Part shown: one piece after another, positions 60,124-64,000 of the stretch
Position numbering within the stretch: the first letter of the stretch is position 1
How the letters are laid out: every line of letters begins with the position of its first letter
Assembly (NCBI GenBank): GCA_963842885.1
Contig: CAWJIE010000003.1
Location: 512,459-576,458, forward strand
DNA: 64,000 bases
Direction: 5' to 3'
Source of the DNA: an uncultured Nitrososphaerota archaeon
GTDB lineage: Archaea; Thermoproteota; Nitrososphaeria; Conexivisphaerales; DTJL01
Position numbers and translations under genes: made by a program
The notes under the pieces: generated by a model
What the model was told of the DNA's origin: nothing
What the model saw: only the letters and a program-made list of their open reading frames with translations
The model's database searches: none

Positions 60124-62813
60124 AGATACCAGCAGGCGATTCATTGAAGAGTCATTTCCCGTAAAGAAGGTGAGCGAGGAATCCGCACATGAGAAGACCG
60201 TCAGACAAGGACACATTTCCACGCTGCATCTGTGGTGGGCGCGCCGTCCTTTGGCATCGTCGAGGGCAACTAACTACGCAGCTCTGATTTCATGGCCAAG
60301 ATCTGAAGAGGATAGGCAGAAGACGGAGCGGTTCATCGGTACGCTTTCAAAATGGGAGAACTCCACAAATCGTGAATTTGTTGGGAGGGCTAGAAGCGAC
60401 ATTTTGGCAACGAATAACGGAAAACAGCCCATTATCTTGGATCCGTTTGCAGGTGGCGGGGCCATACCTCTAGAGGCGCTGCGTCTAGGTTGCAAGGTGT
60501 ATGCCAGCGATTACAACCCTGTCGCCACTTTGCTCCTGAAGTGCACGTTGGAGTATCCCCAGAAATACTGCGGCGTTTCGGAAGAAACATACGGGCCTAT
60601 CTCGAATAAGGCGGACAACAAACTGCTAATCGACTTAGAGAAATGGGGCGCATGGGTCCTAGACGAAGTTACGAGACGGATTGATGAATTCTATCCCAAA
60701 GATCAGGATGGATTCTTCCCCGTAGCCTACATATGGGCGCGTACCATTCCTTGCCAAAATCCGTCTTGTAATGCGGTAATTCCGTTAATTCGGCAATACT
60801 GGCTAGCAAAGAAGAGCGGGCATGAAGGTAGCTCTACTTCCATACATCTCAGGGAGGTCGGTCGAGTTCAAGATTGTTGGGGCAAATCACGAAAAGATGC
60901 CCAAAGACTTTGAGCCAGACAATGGAACCGTTTCAAGAGCCATTGCGACCTGTCCTGTATGCGGTTCGGCAATAGATGACGATGACACGAGGAGATTGTT
61001 CGCACGCAAGCAGTCCGCTGAGAGAATGGTAGCGGTCGTTCTGAACAAAGAAGGAACCAGTGGCAAGATATATCGTCCGGCCACTGACCAGGACATCCTT
61101 CTGTTCAAGAAGGCGGAGGCACGTTTGGTTGAGGACAGGAAAAGCCTTTCAGAGGAATGGGGAGTCGACCCGGTCCCTGATGAGCCGCTTCCTCCGGCAG
61201 GCACGCTGGGTTTCAGGATTCAGCGTTATGACATGAGCAGCTGGGGTGACCTCTTTAACTCTCGCCAGAAGCTGGCTATGATTACTTTCGTCTCTACCAT
61301 AAGAAGAGCGCATAATCTGATGCTTTCTGAAGGGATGGAGAAGGAGTATGCCAAGGCAGTGACTGAGTACTTGGCGCTGACGTTTGACAAGGTTGCTGAC
61401 CTTAACAACTGTCTCTGCCAGTGGGAAGCGGATGTCGAATCTCCACGGCATCTCTTTGTGAGACAAGCCATACCTATAACTTGGGATTACGCTGAAGCAA
61501 ACCCGGTTTCAGGGCTCACTGGCTCTTGGCAGAGCATGCTTAGAAGAACTATCGGCGCACTTCAGTCGATTGACTTCGCAACGGGTCCTGCCACGGTCGG
61601 CCAGTCTTCGGCAACTTCACTTCCACAGCAGGAAGGCTTCTTTGACGCGGTTCTCACGGATCCGCCGTACTATGATAACGTCCCTTATTCCTATCTTTCA
61701 GATTTCTTCTATGTTTGGCTGAAAAGAATTGTTGGCGAGTTAGAACCGGAATTATTCGCCACGCCGTTGACACCGAAGGAAGATGAGATTGTTGCCTATT
61801 CCAACAGAGGAAGTGGCCCTGATGGAGGGAAAGTGTTCTTCGAGGAAATGCTGAAGCGGTCATTCAAGGAGATAGCTCGAGTGCTCAAGCCAAACGGTAT
61901 TTCTGTCATAGTATACGCCCACAAGTCCACCGCTGGTTGGGAAACGCTGGTCAACGCGTTACTAGATTCTGGTTTAGTCGTTACAGGAGCCTGGCCTATC
62001 CACACAGAAATGGGCGCGCGGCTGAGGGCTCAGGAATCTGCCGCCCTCGCATCTTCGATCTACATTGTGGCTAGGAAAACCGAGAGGCTGCCGTTGGGGC
62101 TCTATAAGGATGTCAGAGAGGAATTGAGGACTTTCCTAGACGCTAGGATGGAACAACTCTGGAGAGACGGCATTTCTGGAGCCGATTTCCTTGTATCCGC
62201 CATCGGTTCTTCAGTTCAAGTGTACGGCAAGTACGCGAAGGTCATCAAAGAGGATAAGGCTGTGCGAGCCGACGTATTTCTTGACGACGTGCGAAGAATC
62301 GTGACTGATTATGCACTCAGGCAAGTGCTCCATAATGGTTTTGCGTCTGAAATATCAAACCTAACAAGGTTCTACCTGCTGTGGCGGTGGGCCTACGGCG
62401 AGTCGCCAGCTGTATTTGACGATGCCCGAAAACTGGCCCAAGGCAGCGGTATCGATTTGGTAAGTGAATGGGATAGAGGGTTCATCAGAAAGGACAGGGA
62501 AATGGTGATCGTGCTTGGGCCTAATCAAAGACGTTTACCCGACATAGAAAGCTTAGATAAGAAAGACATGATAGATGTCCTGCACATGGCACTTCTGTTG
62601 TGGGAGAAAGGGGATAGAGACGCCTTGGTAGACCTTCTTAAGGAGACTGGATATGGGTCCAAAGACGCGTTCTATAGGGTCGCTCAAGCCATTGCAGAGA
62701 CTCTTCCAAAGGGCGCCAAGGAGAAGCTGTTATTGGACGGCTTCGTGCCTGCAAGAGATAGGCTGGGAGACGAGATAAGGAAAGGTGGGAGTCAATCGAG
62801 GTTGTTCGAATGA
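60104..62813 (+). CDS. DUF1156 adenine-specific DNA methyltransferase with Zn ribbon (frameshift ~60820)
   Basis: [32 protein letters not shown]; one extra G in agcgggcatg splits the ORF. Confidence 0.9.
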
Positions 62814-62878
62814 GCTTGCGGGACGGAATTACGAAGGCCTTTCATACGATAGCTGTTCCCCACGAGGATATTCTTGCG
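62810..62878 (+). pseudogene. First ~23 codons of a DUF499-like ATPase, truncated
   Basis: ATGA-coupled to the methylase; [22 protein letters not shown] resembles DUF499 N-termini, the expected partner gene. Confidence 0.6.
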
Positions 62879-62879
62879 C

Positions 62880-63003
62880 ACGCCCTGCTGCAGCCTGGCC
62901 TCGCTTACCGAAGACGGCGCCGAGCAGGCGCTTGGAAAAGCTGCTTACCGAACTTTCTCAAGAGATGAGGGAAAAAACTTTAAAAGAAATCCTAAAATCC
63001 TGA
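62880..63003 (+). pseudogene. 3' end of a MetE-like (core methionine synthase) gene
   Basis: TPCCSLASLTEDGAEQAL/EKLLTELSQEMR resembles the TPSCGL C-terminal motif; needs one frameshift. Confidence 0.45.
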
Positions 63004-63036
63004 ATATCTAAACTCTAAACAAATTTCAAAAATCAA

Positions 63037-63541
63037 ATGTCAAAAGTTAAAAATACCGGGGCTATCAAGGTTAGGCGGTTCCGCGAGGCAGACCTGCCGG
63101 CGGTACACAAACTGATACAGAAGACAATTGATATTTCCTACAACAAGGTATATCCCAAAGAAGCCAACGATTTTTTCAAACAAATTCACTGCCCGGAAAC
63201 CATTCTGAAAGACGCCAAGGCAGGTTATATCGTAGTGGCAGAGCGGGACGGCGAGCTTTTAGGAACAAGCACGCTGATAGGGTCGCACATCCAGAGGACC
63301 TTTGTTAATCCCGAATGCCAGCGGCAGGGAATCGGGCGGGATGATAGCAGATGAACTGGAGAAAAAAGCGGCCATGGAGAAACCGGCAGCCATTACGCTG
63401 GAAGCTTCCCTGGTATCGCGGCGGTTCTGGGAGTCGCGGTGGGGGTATAAATTCCAGAAAGAATGCGCCATCCCGGTAAAGAACGGGCAGAAGCTGATTT
63501 ACTTTAACATGATTAAGGAAATTAAAGAACATGGATTGTAA
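63037..63541 (+). CDS. GNAT acetyltransferase (frameshift ~63340)
   Basis: [13 protein letters not shown] + [10 protein letters not shown]...[11 protein letters not shown]; one extra G in a run. Confidence 0.8.
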
Positions 63542-63728
63542 CCTAAAAGCTAACAGGTCCAAATGCAACTGCACCTACGAGCCGTGCGAACGCAAGGGCA
63601 AGTGCTGCGAATGCATCGCCTACCACCTGGAAATGAAAGAACTGCCCGCCTGCGCCTTCCCGCCGGAGATAGAGCGCACCTACGACCGCTCTTTTGAAAA
63701 ATTCGCGGGGTGGGTAAAGGGGAAATGA
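63531..63728 (+). CDS. Small Cys-rich protein (DUF6485-like)
   Basis: [21 protein letters not shown]...LPAC.FP...ERTYDRS. Confidence 0.75.
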   Translation: MDCNLKANRSKCNCTYEPCERKGKCCECIAYHLEMKELPACAFPPEIERTYDRSFEKFAGWVKGK

Positions 63729-63742
63729 TTTGAATATAAAAA

Positions 63743-63803
63743 CCCCCTCACCCCGTATCTAGTACGGGGCAGGCTCTGACTCCTCTCCCACAAAGGGGAG
63801 AGG
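63743..63803. repeat. Bacterial REP-like palindromic element
   Basis: ccccctcacc...cctctccc-acaaa-ggggagagg with internal hairpin ccccgtatctagtacgggg. Confidence 0.65.
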
Positions 63804-63884
63804 AGATAAGGAAGAGTGCGTAAGAGGTAAGTTATAGTTGGGGGGGGTGGCGGGGAACGTCGATTCTAAGCTATAGTATTACTG

Positions 63885-63980
63885 ATGAACAAAACAAAAA
63901 GAGTCGCCATGCGCAAGCACCTGAAAGCGAAAAAATTGCTCAAGGAAAAGCAAAAAGCACAATCTAAGACAGCTAAATAG
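63885..63980 (+). CDS. 31-aa basic small protein
   Basis: MNKTKRVAMRKHLKAKKLLKEKQKAQSKTAK*, preceded by a -10-like tatagt/tagtat. Confidence 0.5.
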   Translation: MNKTKRVAMRKHLKAKKLLKEKQKAQSKTAK

Positions 63981-64000
63981 AGCATCTTAATGTCGGAACT

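Overview
High-GC archaeal DNA, probably a non-ammonia-oxidising Nitrososphaerota/TACK lineage (inferred from TFB, TBP, a CdvB/Snf7 paralog, XPB-Bax1, Hef and TATA/leaderless gene starts). Most of the window (~3.3-55.3 kb) is a mosaic of 1-6 kb accessory blocks: metabolism, transport, DNA repair and many defence-like genes. The most striking structure is invisible at ORF level. The blocks are punctuated by 15 co-oriented copies of one unknown 69-aa gene ('gene B', MSSVVEEDTKG...DPKDRDTVEV*): 2 intact, 1 near-intact and 12 fragments. Ten of the 15 copies end exactly at the stop codon, the fragments have ragged 5' ends, and copies differ mostly by synonymous or conservative changes. Co-oriented 3'-end scars of three other genes also recur (gene A 10496-11032, a Zn-ribbon/TM2 gene, an aldo-keto reductase), as do four copies of a ~107-bp non-coding element with conserved, imperfectly inverted arms. 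This suggests an integron-like, anchor-gene-based cassette accretion array; no recombinase is visible in the window. Cargo includes a split QatB-like + QueC (QatC-like) module, HEPN, HNH, CHAT, PIN-like and Nmad-like proteins, a Tat/PKD molybdo-hydroxylase and a collagen/tail-collar protein. The window ends in a SNF2-DUF1156-(DUF499) restriction-like locus cut at ~62879 by bacterial-looking (Chloroflexi-like) DNA, probably a chimeric junction. Several single-base frameshifts in homopolymers suggest long-read consensus errors. All family assignments are from motif recognition; no database searches were run.
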